Notes: generated by a model not told the origin, from the letters alone. Counted from the first letter of the stretch, positions 18,921-28,726 are shown. The stretch is DNA of 64,000 nt from Vicinamibacteria bacterium (GCA_963555995.3 OY821641.1:384001-448000); one strand, 5' to 3'. Translations and numbers: made by a program.

Positions 18921-20024
18921 ATGCGCCGCCGCGGGACCGCGATCCTCTTCACCGTCGTCGCGGCGGGCTGGGTGGCCACCCCGGCGAACGGCTACCGGTT
19001 CTTCGCGCGCCACGGCGGGCTGTACCGGATCGCTTCCGTCGCGGGGGCGGTCCGCTGGGACGCCTCGGCGTTTCCGCTGCGGTTCCGGCTCCTCGAGAAC
19101 GACAACCTGCCGGACGTCCCCGGATTCGACGCCGCGCTCTGGCGCGAGAGCGCGGAACGCGGAATCCGGGCCTGGACGGAGATCGGGACGGCGGACCTGA
19201 CGCTCGTGCTGGAGGAGGAGACGGTCGCCGCCGATGCCGGCCGGATGGGCGACGGGATCAACACCATCGGTTTCTCATCACTCGACATCGTCGCGGGGGG
19301 GCCGTTCGCCACCGCCGACGTGCAGTACACACGCGGCCGGGTGACCGGGTGCGACATCCACCTGAGTCCGGCCTACCTCGAGGGCCGGTCCCTCGACGCG
19401 CCGACCGCGTTCGAGGAGCTCCCGGACTACCTCGCGCGGACGGTGATGCACGAGGTCGGGCACTGCCTCGGTCTCGCCCACAGCGCCATGAACCCGACCT
19501 GGCTTGCCCGGCCCGGCGCGGTGGAACGGCCGCCGGGGCATTTCCCGGACGGCGTCGCCAGCCTCCAGCCCCACCCCCGGATGTCCTACGGCACGATCCG
19601 GACCGTCGCGCTGGAGCCGGACGACGCGGTAGGGGCGTCGCTGCTCTACCCGGCGCCGGGGTTCGTCGAGTCCCGTGGCGCGCTCACCGGCCGGGTGCTG
19701 CTCGCGAACGGCCGGCCGGCGCCCTTCGTCTACGTCCAGAGCGTCGCCTACACGGCGGAAGGCGCGGTCTTCGGAGCGGGGGCGTTCACCGACTCCTGGG
19801 GCCAGTTCCTCCTCGAGGGTCTCGAACCCGGCTTCCGCCACTTCTGGGTCCGGCCGCTGCACCAGATCCTCGCCCACTCGTTCATCGCCGACGCGGCCGC
19901 CGCCGGCTCGCTCGAACTCCAGCACGAGCAGCGCTGGTTCGAGATCCGCCGCGGCGAGATCACCCGGGCCCCGGACATCACGGTCCATCCCGCCCGCGAC
20001 CGCCGCCGGGAGGCGGGTCCGTGA
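18921..20024 (+). CDS. Secreted matrixin-family (metzincin) metalloprotease with C-terminal carboxypeptidase-regulatory-like domain
   Basis: Signal peptide; HEVGHCLGLAHS; Met-turn PRMSYG; LTGRV...G.P..F...TDSWGQF.LEGL.PG. Confidence 0.8.
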   Translation: MRRRGTAILFTVVAAGWVATPANGYRFFARHGGLYRIASVAGAVRWDASAFPLRFRLLENDNLPDVPGFDAALWRESAERGIRAWTEIGTADLTLVLEEETVAADAGRMGDGINTIGFSSLDIVAGGPFATADVQYTRGRVTGCDIHLSPAYLEGRSLDAPTAFEELPDYLARTVMHEVGHCLGLAHSAMNPTWLARPGAVERPPGHFPDGVASLQPHPRMSYGTIRTVALEPDDAVGASLLYPAPGFVESRGALTGRVLLANGRPAPFVYVQSVAYTAEGAVFGAGAFTDSWGQFLLEGLEPGFRHFWVRPLHQILAHSFIADAAAAGSLELQHEQRWFEIRRGEITRAPDITVHPARDRRREAGP

Positions 20025-20929
20025 AGCGGCTCGGGGCCGGGCTCCTCCTCGCTCTTCTGGCCCTCGCCGCTTGCGGGGAGGATGCGCCGGTCACGACGAC
20101 GCCGGACCCGCCGCGTCCGCGGCCGACGCCCGATCCGCCCCCGCCCCGACCGGGACCCGATCCGGACGCGATCCCGGTCGGGTTCGGAGGCGTGCTCCCC
20201 GCTCCGGGAGCGGCCCTGACCCTCCACCCGGGAACGGAGTTCGTGATCCCGGTGATGGTGGACGGCGACCTCGGCGAGGCCGTGCGCAACCCCGCCTGGA
20301 CCGGAGTCCCGGTCCGGGTGGTGACCGACGCGCCGCCGGATGTCCTGACGGTCCCCGGCGAACTGACGGTCGAGGGCCGGCGGGACCCCGACCTGCTGGC
20401 GATCCGGGCGCTCGCGGCGGCCGACTCCCGCCGTACCTACGAGGTCCGCCTCGAACCCCCGCCGGGGGGATTCCCGGAGCTGTCCGGCCTCTCGTTCCGG
20501 CTCGATTCCGAACCGGTCCTGGTCCGCGTCGCGGATCCCGGACCGGCGGACGCGCCGGACTGCCGCGGTCTCGCGCTCGCCGCCGGGACGGTCCGTTCCG
20601 GCGACGGGGGCCAGCTCGGGAGGAACTGGTTCGGGGACCTCGGCGGCGCCTACCGGTCCGCGGCGGTGACGCTGCGTTCGCCCGGCGCCCGCGCCGAACT
20701 CCGCCTGCTCGGGGACTACCAGCAACTGCCCTACGGCGACGTCGGGGACGCCTACAACCTGGTCCCCGTCCTGTTCGCCCACGGCCTCGGTCTCGAGGAA
20801 ACCCCGGCCGGTTTCGAGCAGACCCTCGCCCTCGCCTGGTTCGACGAACTCCGGCTGCGAGCGGTGCTCCCCGGCTGCGCCCCGATCGAGCTCCACTGCA
20901 CCGACCGCAGCCGGTGTCAGCCGCGCTGA
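20021..20929 (+). CDS. Hypothetical lipoprotein with Pro-rich linker
   Basis: GTG overlaps the protease stop (GTGA); MKR + hydrophobic stretch + LAAC lipobox; repeated PDPP. Confidence 0.7.
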   Translation: MKRLGAGLLLALLALAACGEDAPVTTTPDPPRPRPTPDPPPPRPGPDPDAIPVGFGGVLPAPGAALTLHPGTEFVIPVMVDGDLGEAVRNPAWTGVPVRVVTDAPPDVLTVPGELTVEGRRDPDLLAIRALAAADSRRTYEVRLEPPPGGFPELSGLSFRLDSEPVLVRVADPGPADAPDCRGLALAAGTVRSGDGGQLGRNWFGDLGGAYRSAAVTLRSPGARAELRLLGDYQQLPYGDVGDAYNLVPVLFAHGLGLEETPAGFEQTLALAWFDELRLRAVLPGCAPIELHCTDRSRCQPR

Positions 20930-23067
20930 GGGTGTGGCGCTCCGTCCACCTGCTCCCTGATTGCTTCGCCGACATCCTTTGCCACGTCCAGAACCTCGGC
21001 CGGTACGCGCACCGTCTCTCCCGTCTGGAGCCGCAGCGCGGCAACGAGCGGACTCAATGCTTCCGCTTTCGCCCGGTCGCTCGCCAGCACCTCCACCAGT
21101 TCCTGCGGCGATGCTCCCGCCGCCACCAGATCCGGCACGAGGTTCTGGATGTCGCCCAGCATCATGTCGTTCGCCGGGAGAAACACCTCGTAGGCCGACC
21201 TGAACTCGGCTACCGCCGCGTCCGTCCGCCCGTGTTCCGCGAGAGCCTGCGCACGAAACGAATGCGCGAGCCATTGCAGACCGGGCCGCAGCGCCTCGGG
21301 GACTCGATCCACACGAGCCGCCATCTCGTCGCACCGGGCCAGCGCGGCGGCGAGCGGTCCCATCGTGATCTCCAGGGTTACGTGACACATCAGCGCGACG
21401 ACCAAGTACGCCTGCACCTCTGGAGTCTCGTTCGCGCCGAAACGCTTCATCGCGAGTTCGCACGTTTTCCGCGATGCCCCGAAGTCATTTCTCTCGGCCT
21501 CGGCAAAGGCCCGGTCGCTCAAGTGCCTCGTGATGGCGACGGCAAGATCGCTCACTGTCCGTGCGGGAAGGCGCGACGTTGCCTCTTCGTAGGTGGCGAT
21601 TGCGGATTCGGCGTCGTCGAGTCGGAGTTGCATCCGTCCCGTTTCGACCATCAGGACGGCATGAAGGCGCGTCCGCTCCGAAGGTTCCACCTCAGGCAGG
21701 CTATCCACGGCATCGGACAGCATCTTCAGCGCCACCGTGAGCCGGCCACGGGTTTCCTGTTCCAGCGCCCGGAAGACCAGCGGGTGTTCCGTCCGCGCGG
21801 CCAGAAGCCCCTCTCGGACTTCTGGTGTGGTTCGCGCTTCGTCCAGAAGTCGGAGAAACCAGCCGAGCCGTCCGGTACTCGAGTAGAAGAGACCCATGAA
21901 CCGGATCAGATGGCGTATGACGCCGGCCTCGTTTTGCTCGCGCCGCAGCTTGTAGTAGATGCAGAAGAGACGCTCCGCGATGGCGTGGAGTTGCTTCTTG
22001 CGTTCCGGCCGCGCAATGACCGCGCCGCGTTTCCTGAGGCGACCGAGCATGACGGACACGGTCCGGATGTCCAGCCTTGCGCGGGCAGCGATCTCTCCCG
22101 CCTCGGAGGGTTGCCACAGGTCGGCCATCGCGAGGAACACCCGTCGCTCCAGCGCGGGTAGCGCCTCGATCTGAGTCCGAAAGTACTCGCTGTGGTCATC
22201 AATCAGGGCGGCTAGTCGTTCCATCAGCCCGCGTAAGGACAAGCGCTCCGCAGACTGCCCCAGGATCACCAGGAGCCGCGGGCTGCCCCCGGTGAGGATT
22301 TCGAGGGGCCGGATGTCCCGTCCTTCCAGGGACTCCCCGGACACACGCTCCCAGAGCCGCCGACAGTCCTCCGTGTGCAGCGAATCCAGGCTGACGGTGT
22401 GGAAGAGTTCGAAGAACGGCGCCCGTGCGTCGTCGATCGCCGCAAAGCGGGCGGTTGCGGTGGCGAGCAGGATGATGCGCGGCTCCGACTGAAGCGAGGC
22501 CCGTAGCTTCCACCCGAAGTCCTCTTTCCGGCGTCCGAAGAGCACGTGCAGGTTCTCGACCATCAGGACGAGCCTCCGGTCCATGCGTTCGGAAGCTGCC
22601 AGTACGGCGGCGCGGGCACTTTCTTCCAGTGGGGCGTCCTGCCAGCGCCGGATCACATCTGCCCGGGTCGCCCGTAGTTCGGCGGCGATTTCGGGCTGGC
22701 TCGCTTCGACTTCTCTGGCGACGTGAAACAGTGTCTCCAGCCAGAACGACGCGGCATCGAAGACCTCGGCGCTCTCGTCCGTAAACCGGACCGGCAGGAG
22801 CCTGGGAGCAAACTCGGGATTGGTCCGGATTTCCGCCGCCACGCGGGCGAGCAAGGTGGATTTCCCCTGGCCGCGAGGCCCGAGGATCAGCGCGTGCTGG
22901 CACGACGGTGAGTCCAGGTTCCCGCGCAGAATGTCGAGCACGATCTCCAGCTCAGGCTGCCGGACGGCGAACTGCCCGATGACCTGCTCGTCCGATTGGA
23001 GGAGCCCCGGATGGTGTTTGCGGAACACCTCACGGCTTTCCCGCGCGGGCTCGGGTACCGCGGTCAT
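20917..23067 (-). CDS. AAA/STAND-like ATPase with central winged-HTH and C-terminal helical (TPR-like) region
   Basis: Walker A GPRGQGKST, Walker B-like LVLMVENL, LTGGSPRL, HTH AGEIAARARLD...S..L.RL..RG, ERLFCIYY. Confidence 0.78.
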   Translation of the reverse strand: MTAVPEPARESREVFRKHHPGLLQSDEQVIGQFAVRQPELEIVLDILRGNLDSPSCQHALILGPRGQGKSTLLARVAAEIRTNPEFAPRLLPVRFTDESAEVFDAASFWLETLFHVAREVEASQPEIAAELRATRADVIRRWQDAPLEESARAAVLAASERMDRRLVLMVENLHVLFGRRKEDFGWKLRASLQSEPRIILLATATARFAAIDDARAPFFELFHTVSLDSLHTEDCRRLWERVSGESLEGRDIRPLEILTGGSPRLLVILGQSAERLSLRGLMERLAALIDDHSEYFRTQIEALPALERRVFLAMADLWQPSEAGEIAARARLDIRTVSVMLGRLRKRGAVIARPERKKQLHAIAERLFCIYYKLRREQNEAGVIRHLIRFMGLFYSSTGRLGWFLRLLDEARTTPEVREGLLAARTEHPLVFRALEQETRGRLTVALKMLSDAVDSLPEVEPSERTRLHAVLMVETGRMQLRLDDAESAIATYEEATSRLPARTVSDLAVAITRHLSDRAFAEAERNDFGASRKTCELAMKRFGANETPEVQAYLVVALMCHVTLEITMGPLAAALARCDEMAARVDRVPEALRPGLQWLAHSFRAQALAEHGRTDAAVAEFRSAYEVFLPANDMMLGDIQNLVPDLVAAGASPQELVEVLASDRAKAEALSPLVAALRLQTGETVRVPAEVLDVAKDVGEAIREQVDGAPHPQRG

Positions 23068-23949
23068 TCAGCCGACACTCCCGGACGTTTGCCCAGCATC
23101 CGGCGTTCAAGAGGCTCGTGGCTATCCCGGAACCGGGACGCCCACCAGTCTCTCAGGAGCCGCGAGCCGAACGTGTGTCCGCCCGCAGCCTGCTCCAGGT
23201 AGCCGTCGTGCATCAGCACATCCAGCGTGTCTGCGACCCGCTCGGGCAAGCCGGTCGAAGCACCGCACGCTCGTTTCCCGGTTCCAGGCGCCGAGACGAA
23301 CGGGGTAGAGATGGTTGATCCGATCCGGGATGCCGAGCCGGCGCGCCAGCGGTTCGAGTCCGATACTTCCGGAGACGATGAGACTGAGCGATCCGCCCTC
23401 GATCTCCTGGAGCGCGCCACGCAGCCAACTGAGAAAGACATCCACTCGGTCCCGACCGTCGGAATTCCGAAGCGTTCTCTTCAGGAAGATGGGCAGTTCA
23501 TCCAAAACGAGAAGGACCGGCTGTTCGTACTCGGCACAGTTTCGCAGGAGCTCGCGGCCGTGGCGCTTCCAGGTTCCCGCATTCAGCTCGGCGCGGATCC
23601 CGACCTTGAAATCACCGACGCCAACCTCGTTCAGGTTTTCGCCCACCCAACGTCCGAAGCGCTCGCCGAGCCGATCGCGCAGGGATCGCACCGAGTGCGC
23701 GGCGCGGGCGATGTCCGCGATCACGTCTTCCGCGTCGTCAGCCCCCTCCACGTCTGCGAAGAGGAACACCCATCCATCGGCTTCCAGGCGACGCCCAAGT
23801 TCTCGGGTGAGGCTGGTCTTCCCCATCCGCCGCTGGCCCGTGAGCAGCACGTGGTTGTGTTCGCGCGCCAGATTGTCGAGCAGTCGCAGCTCGGATTCGC
23901 GGTCGAAGAAGTCTTCGCCACTGACCCAGCGGCCCGTGGACACTCGCAT
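23064..23949 (-). pseudogene. P-loop ATPase (archaeal ATPase/AAA-like) disrupted by a frameshift, probably an internal deletion, near 23245
   Basis: FFDRESEL, GQRRMGKT, LVLDELP and SGSIGL lie in one frame up to CFDRLA. A plausible C-terminus (LDVLMHDGYL...F.SRLLRDWW..RF) is in another frame, whose stop overlaps the next ATG (ATGA 23067-23064). Confidence 0.72.
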
Positions 23950-23983
23950 CTGTCGGTTCCTCCTTTCTCGGCAATGCGCTTGG

Positions 23984-24024
23984 ACGATAGAGCACAACTC
24001 AAATGTTGTCAACTCACTTGTTGT
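23984..24024 (-). promoter_or_regulatory. Sigma70 promoter (TTGACA-17-TATCGT) overlapped by two 15-bp direct repeats
   Basis: Minus strand ttgaca acatttgagttgtgctc tatcgt; plus-strand repeats caactcaaatgttgt and caactcacttgttgt; RBS aggagg before ATG 23949. Confidence 0.65.
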
Positions 24025-24134
24025 TCTGAATCGGCTGCCCTGGATTCAACTTGCGGCCGGCGCCCAGACCCTTGAACAAGGCGCATTCGCTGCCGGATGC
24101 GGTAGCAGCCCGCAACCCGGGTGTCTCCCGGCCG

Positions 24135-24565
24135 AGCTACCGTCACTAACGCTGCCTCCGGGCGGGAGCTACCGTCACTAACGCTGCCTCCGGGCGGGAG
24201 CTACCGTCACTAACGCTGCCTCCGGGCGGGAGCTACCGTCACTAACGCTGCCTCCGGGCGGGAGCTACCGTCACTAACGCCGTCTCCGGACGGCAGCTAC
24301 CGTCACTAACGCCGTCTCCGGGCAGGAGCTACCGTCATTAGCGGTGTCTCCGGGCGGCAGCTACCGTCATTAGCGGTGTCTCCGGACGGCAGCTACCGTC
24401 ATTAGTGGCGTCTCCGGGCGGCAGCTACCGTCATTAGCGGTGTCTCCGGGCGCGGAGCTACCGTCATTAGCGCGATCTCCGGGCAGGAGCTACCGTCACT
24501 AACGGCGTCTCTGGGCGGGGAGCTACCGTCACTAGCGCGGCCTGCGAGCCGGAGCTCCCGTCAAT
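24135..24565. repeat. Tandem array, 13 units of 32 (occasionally 33) bp plus a degenerate 14th
   Basis: AGCTACCGTCA starts at 24135, 24167, 24199, 24231, 24263, 24295, 24327, 24359, 24391, 24423, 24456, 24488 and 24521; degenerate agctcccgtca at 24553. Confidence 0.95.
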
Positions 24566-24703
24566 CCCCCCGACTCCCGCGCCCGGTCGCCCCCCGCCGC
24601 TCTGGTAGATTCGCCGCCGTCCGCCGCGCCACCTCCCGACCCGGGGCCGCAGCACCGAAACCGGCGGCTCCCGCACCTTCTTGACCCCCGCGCCCCGTCC
24701 CGC

Positions 24704-27700
24704 ATGAACCCGCCCGGGAGCGTCGCGGGCGGTCTCTTCGCCGGCGAGTTCCTCGCCGAGTCCGTCCGCGAACTGCCCCAGTGGAAGGAGGCGCGGGCGG
24801 ACCTCGCCGCCGGGGTCGCCGCCCGCCTCCGGGACATCCGATCCGCGTTCCCCGCGCGCGAGGACTCGAACGAGGCGATCACCGAGGACGAGTTCATCTG
24901 GAAGGTGCTCGGCGCGCTCGGGTGGACCGCGGCCCTCCGCCAGCAGAACCTGAGCCTGCGCGGGCACTACGACATCCCGGACGGCCTCCTCTTCACCAGC
25001 GAAGCCGACAAGAATCAGGCGCTCGGTGTCCACGACGAGCCGCACCGCTACGCCGCCGGCGTCTGCCTCGTCGAGTCGAAGCGCTGGGGCCTCGACCTCG
25101 ACCGCGCCTCGGGCGCGCACCGGATCGCCCCCGCCACCCAGATGCTCCGCTATCTCGCGGAGGCGCGCGTGGTCACCGGTGGCCGGCTCCGCTGGGGGAT
25201 CCTGACGAACGGCGCCCGCTGGCGGCTCTACCGCACGGACGCCCGTTCGGTCGCCGACGAGTTCTTCGAGGTGGACCTCGAAGCGGCGCTCACCGGCGCG
25301 CCGACGCTCTTCGCGCCGACCCCGGAAGAGGCCGCCGACGCGCTCACGCTGTTCGTGCTGTTCTTCCGGCGGGACGCCTTCCACCGGCGCGATGCCGACT
25401 GGAAGAACGTCCTCGACCGCGCCGTCGAGGGCGGCCGCTTCCTCGAGGAGCGGGTCGCCGCCGACCTGTCGGAGGTGGTCTTCCGCGAGGTGTTCCCGTC
25501 GCTCGTCCGCGCCATCGCCGCCGAGGCCGGGGACGCTCCGCTCGGCGAGGTGCGCGACGCGGCGCTGGTCCTGCTCTACCGGCTGCTGTTCATCCTCTAC
25601 GCCGAGGACCGCGGCCTGCTCCCGGTGGACGACGCGAAGTACCGGGCGGTCGGCCTCCGCCACCGGGTGCGGAGCGACATCGCGGCGCGGCTCGACCGGG
25701 GGGAGGCGTTCTCGGCGAAGGCGACGGGCTACTGGCACGCGGTGGCGGACCTCTGCCGCGTCATTGACGAGGGCGACCCGGCGTTCGGGCTGCCGCCCTA
25801 CAACGGCGGCCTCTTCGATCCGGGACGCGCGCCGCTGCTGGACCGCATCGCGCTCGGGAACGCGGCGCTCGCCCCGGTGGTGGACGCGATGGCGTGCCGC
25901 CGGACGGCGGAGGGCCGGCGCTACATCAGCTACCGCGACCTCTCCGTCCAGCAGCTCGGCTCGATCTACGAGCGGCTTCTGGAGCACGAGGTGGCGCGCG
26001 ACGGGGCGGGCGTGGTCGTCCGGCCCAACGCGCTGGCCCGGAAGGACTCCGGCAGCTACTACACCCCGGAGAGCCTCGTCCGGCTCATCATCCGGGAGAC
26101 CCTCGGGCCGAAAGTGGAGGACGCGCTCGCCGGGTTCCGGCGGGCCGCCCGCGACGGCGCGGAGAGGGACGCGGCGGCGCTCGCCGAAGCCGACGCCGCC
26201 TCCCGGCTGCTCGACCTGCGGGTCTGCGATCCGGCGATGGGTTCCGGCCACTTCCTCGTGAGCCTCGTGGACTACCTGACGGACCGGGTGATCGAGGCGC
26301 TGGCGGAAGCGCACCAGGTCGCACCCGGCTACGAGTCGCCGGTCGCGGCCCGCATCGAGGCGATCCGCGAGACGATCCGCCGGAACGCCGCCGCCGGCGG
26401 CTGGACCGTCGCCCCGTCGCAGCTCGACGACCGCCACCTGATCCGCCGGATGGTGCTGAAGCGCTGCGTGTACGGCGTGGACAAGAACCCGATGGCGGTC
26501 GAGCTCGCCAAGGTGTCGCTCTGGCTCCATTCGTTCACGGTGGGCGCCCCGCTCGGCTTCCTCGACCACCACCTCCGCGGCGGCGACAGCCTCTTCGGCG
26601 CCTGGGTGCGGCCGGCGACGGCGCGGGCGCTGCGGGAGGGTGGCCCGCTCTTCGTGAGCGGGCCGCTGCGGGCGGCGACCGAGGCCGCCCGGCCGATGGA
26701 GGCCATCGAGGCGCTGACCGACGCCGAGATCGCGGAGGCGGCCGAGTCGGAGCGCCTGTTCCGGGGGGTGCAGGAGCGCATCCGGCCGTTCGAAGCGTTC
26801 CTGTCGGTGCTCCACGCGCTCGACTGGCGCGACGACCGCTCCACCGAGGCGCGGGCGGCGGTGCGCGCCTGGCTCGCCGGGAAGTTCGGGGACCCGGTGG
26901 CGATCGCCGCCGGCGAGGCGGAGGTCCCGGGGGACGGGAAGTTCGGCGAACTGCTCGCCGAGGCGCGGGAGCGGATCGCGGAGGATGGTTTCCTCCACTG
27001 GGAGCTGGCGTTCCCCGGCGTGTGGCCCGACTGGGAGGCGGAGGGCGAGCGGCAGGGCGGTTTCGACGCCGTGATCGGGAACCCGCCGTGGGACCGGATG
27101 AAGCTCCAGCAGGTCGAGTGGTTCGCGTTCCGCCGTCCGGAGATCGCGGGGGCGCAGCGCGCGTCGGACCGGAAGGCGCTGATCGCCGCGCTGGAGCGGG
27201 ACGGCGCCCCGCTGGCGGACGACTTCCGCCGGGCCGACGCGCGGGCGAAGCGCGCCGCCGAGGTGGCGCGGAAGGGCGGCGACTACCCGCTGCTGTCGGG
27301 CGGGGACGTGAACATCTACTCGCTCTTCGTAGAGCGGGGGATGTCGCTCGTGAAGCCGGACGGGGCGGTCGGGCTGCTCGTCCCGTCCGGGATCGCGTCC
27401 GACAAGACGGCGGCGCGGTTCTTCCGTTCAGTAGCGACGGAGGGGCGGCTCCGCGCGCTCTACGACTTCGAGAACAAGAAGGTCTTCTTTCCCGCCGTCC
27501 ACGCCTCGTTCAAGTTCTGCGTGTTTGTGGCGGGGAGGTCAGGCGCGGACAGCCCGGCCCGCTGCGCGTTCTATCTGCACGGCCTGTCCGAACTGGAGGA
27601 CCCGGAGCGGCGGCTCGAGCTCACTCCGGAGGACTTCCGGCGGGTGAACCCGAACACCGGGACCGCCCCGATTTTCCGAAGCCGCCGCGATCAGGAGATC

Positions 27701-28726
27701 ACCACCGCGATCTACCGGCGGCTGCCGGTGCTGGTGGACCGGTCCTCGGGAGAACCGGTGAGCGCCTGGCCGGTGCGCTACTCGACGATGTTTCACATGA
27801 CGAACGACTCCCACCGGTTCCGTACCCGCACGGAGCTGGAGGAGAAGGAGGGGGCTTGGCACGTCGGGGGCAACCTCTACGACAGCCCGTCGGGCCGTTT
27901 CGTCCCCCTCTACGAGGGCAAGATGGTCCAGGCCTTCGACCACCGCGCCGCCAGCGTGGTGGTGAACCCCGACAACGTGTATCGGCCCGGCCAGCCCGTC
28001 CCCGCTACCGGCGCGCAACACGGAGATGCCAACTGGGTGCCCGACCCCCAGTTCTGGGTCGCGGAGTCGGATGTCGAGGAGGCGCGGGACTACGCGCTCG
28101 CCTTCAAGGATGTGACCGCCACCACGAACGTCCGCACCATGATCGCGGCGCTGATCCCCCGCTCCGGCGTCGGCAACACCCTCCCGCTCATCCTGCCCGG
28201 CGCCGACGAGTCGCCGCCCGCCGCGTTCTGGGCGCTCGCCGCCGCCAACCTGAACGCCCTCGTGTTCGACTTCATCGCCCGCCAGAAGGTCCAGTCCCAA
28301 CACCTCAACTGGTTCATCGTCGAACAACTCCCCGTCGTCCCCCCCGACCTCGCCGACGCCACCTCATTCGGCCCCAAGACCGCCACCCAGATCATCACCG
28401 AGACCGTCCTCGAACTCACCTACACCGCCCACGACATGGCCCCGTTCGCCAAGGCCCTCGGCCACGTGGACGAAGCCGGGAACCCCCTCCCACCCTTCCC
28501 CTGGAACGAAGCCCGCCGCCTCCGCCTCCGCGCCAAGCTCGACGCCCTCTTCTTCCACCTCTACGGCATCACCGACCGCGACGCCATCCGCCACATCTAC
28601 TCCACCTTCCCCATCGTCGCCCGCCACGAAAAGGCGGCCTACGGCACCTACCGCTCCCGCGACCTCACCCTCGCCTACCTCAACGCCCTCACCGCCAACC
28701 ACCCCGACGCCAACCCCACCCCCTGA
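24704..28726 (+). CDS. Type IIG (Eco57I-like) fused restriction endonuclease / N6-adenine DNA methyltransferase
   Basis: N-terminal PD..LF...ESK nuclease motif, WGILTNG..WRLY, YNGGLF, LGSIYERLL, GSYYTP, motif I DPAMGSGHFL, motif IV IGNPPW, C-terminal PLYEGKM TRD-type region. Confidence 0.88.
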   Translation: MNPPGSVAGGLFAGEFLAESVRELPQWKEARADLAAGVAARLRDIRSAFPAREDSNEAITEDEFIWKVLGALGWTAALRQQNLSLRGHYDIPDGLLFTSEADKNQALGVHDEPHRYAAGVCLVESKRWGLDLDRASGAHRIAPATQMLRYLAEARVVTGGRLRWGILTNGARWRLYRTDARSVADEFFEVDLEAALTGAPTLFAPTPEEAADALTLFVLFFRRDAFHRRDADWKNVLDRAVEGGRFLEERVAADLSEVVFREVFPSLVRAIAAEAGDAPLGEVRDAALVLLYRLLFILYAEDRGLLPVDDAKYRAVGLRHRVRSDIAARLDRGEAFSAKATGYWHAVADLCRVIDEGDPAFGLPPYNGGLFDPGRAPLLDRIALGNAALAPVVDAMACRRTAEGRRYISYRDLSVQQLGSIYERLLEHEVARDGAGVVVRPNALARKDSGSYYTPESLVRLIIRETLGPKVEDALAGFRRAARDGAERDAAALAEADAASRLLDLRVCDPAMGSGHFLVSLVDYLTDRVIEALAEAHQVAPGYESPVAARIEAIRETIRRNAAAGGWTVAPSQLDDRHLIRRMVLKRCVYGVDKNPMAVELAKVSLWLHSFTVGAPLGFLDHHLRGGDSLFGAWVRPATARALREGGPLFVSGPLRAATEAARPMEAIEALTDAEIAEAAESERLFRGVQERIRPFEAFLSVLHALDWRDDRSTEARAAVRAWLAGKFGDPVAIAAGEAEVPGDGKFGELLAEARERIAEDGFLHWELAFPGVWPDWEAEGERQGGFDAVIGNPPWDRMKLQQVEWFAFRRPEIAGAQRASDRKALIAALERDGAPLADDFRRADARAKRAAEVARKGGDYPLLSGGDVNIYSLFVERGMSLVKPDGAVGLLVPSGIASDKTAARFFRSVATEGRLRALYDFENKKVFFPAVHASFKFCVFVAGRSGADSPARCAFYLHGLSELEDPERRLELTPEDFRRVNPNTGTAPIFRSRRDQEITTAIYRRLPVLVDRSSGEPVSAWPVRYSTMFHMTNDSHRFRTRTELEEKEGAWHVGGNLYDSPSGRFVPLYEGKMVQAFDHRAASVVVNPDNVYRPGQPVPATGAQHGDANWVPDPQFWVAESDVEEARDYALAFKDVTATTNVRTMIAALIPRSGVGNTLPLILPGADESPPAAFWALAAANLNALVFDFIARQKVQSQHLNWFIVEQLPVVPPDLADATSFGPKTATQIITETVLELTYTAHDMAPFAKALGHVDEAGNPLPPFPWNEARRLRLRAKLDALFFHLYGITDRDAIRHIYSTFPIVARHEKAAYGTYRSRDLTLAYLNALTANHPDANPTP

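Noticed and set aside
23230-23260. Programmed ribosomal frameshift in the first ATPase
   Set aside because: There is no slippery heptamer at the junction, and the joined product looks too short for the family. A deletion or sequencing error is more likely.
24135-24565. CRISPR array or TIGR array
   Set aside because: The variable halves are only about 16 bp and clearly related to each other (units 1-4 are identical), so there are no unique spacers. No cas, Nop-domain (Tas) or ToxN-like gene is recognisable in the window.
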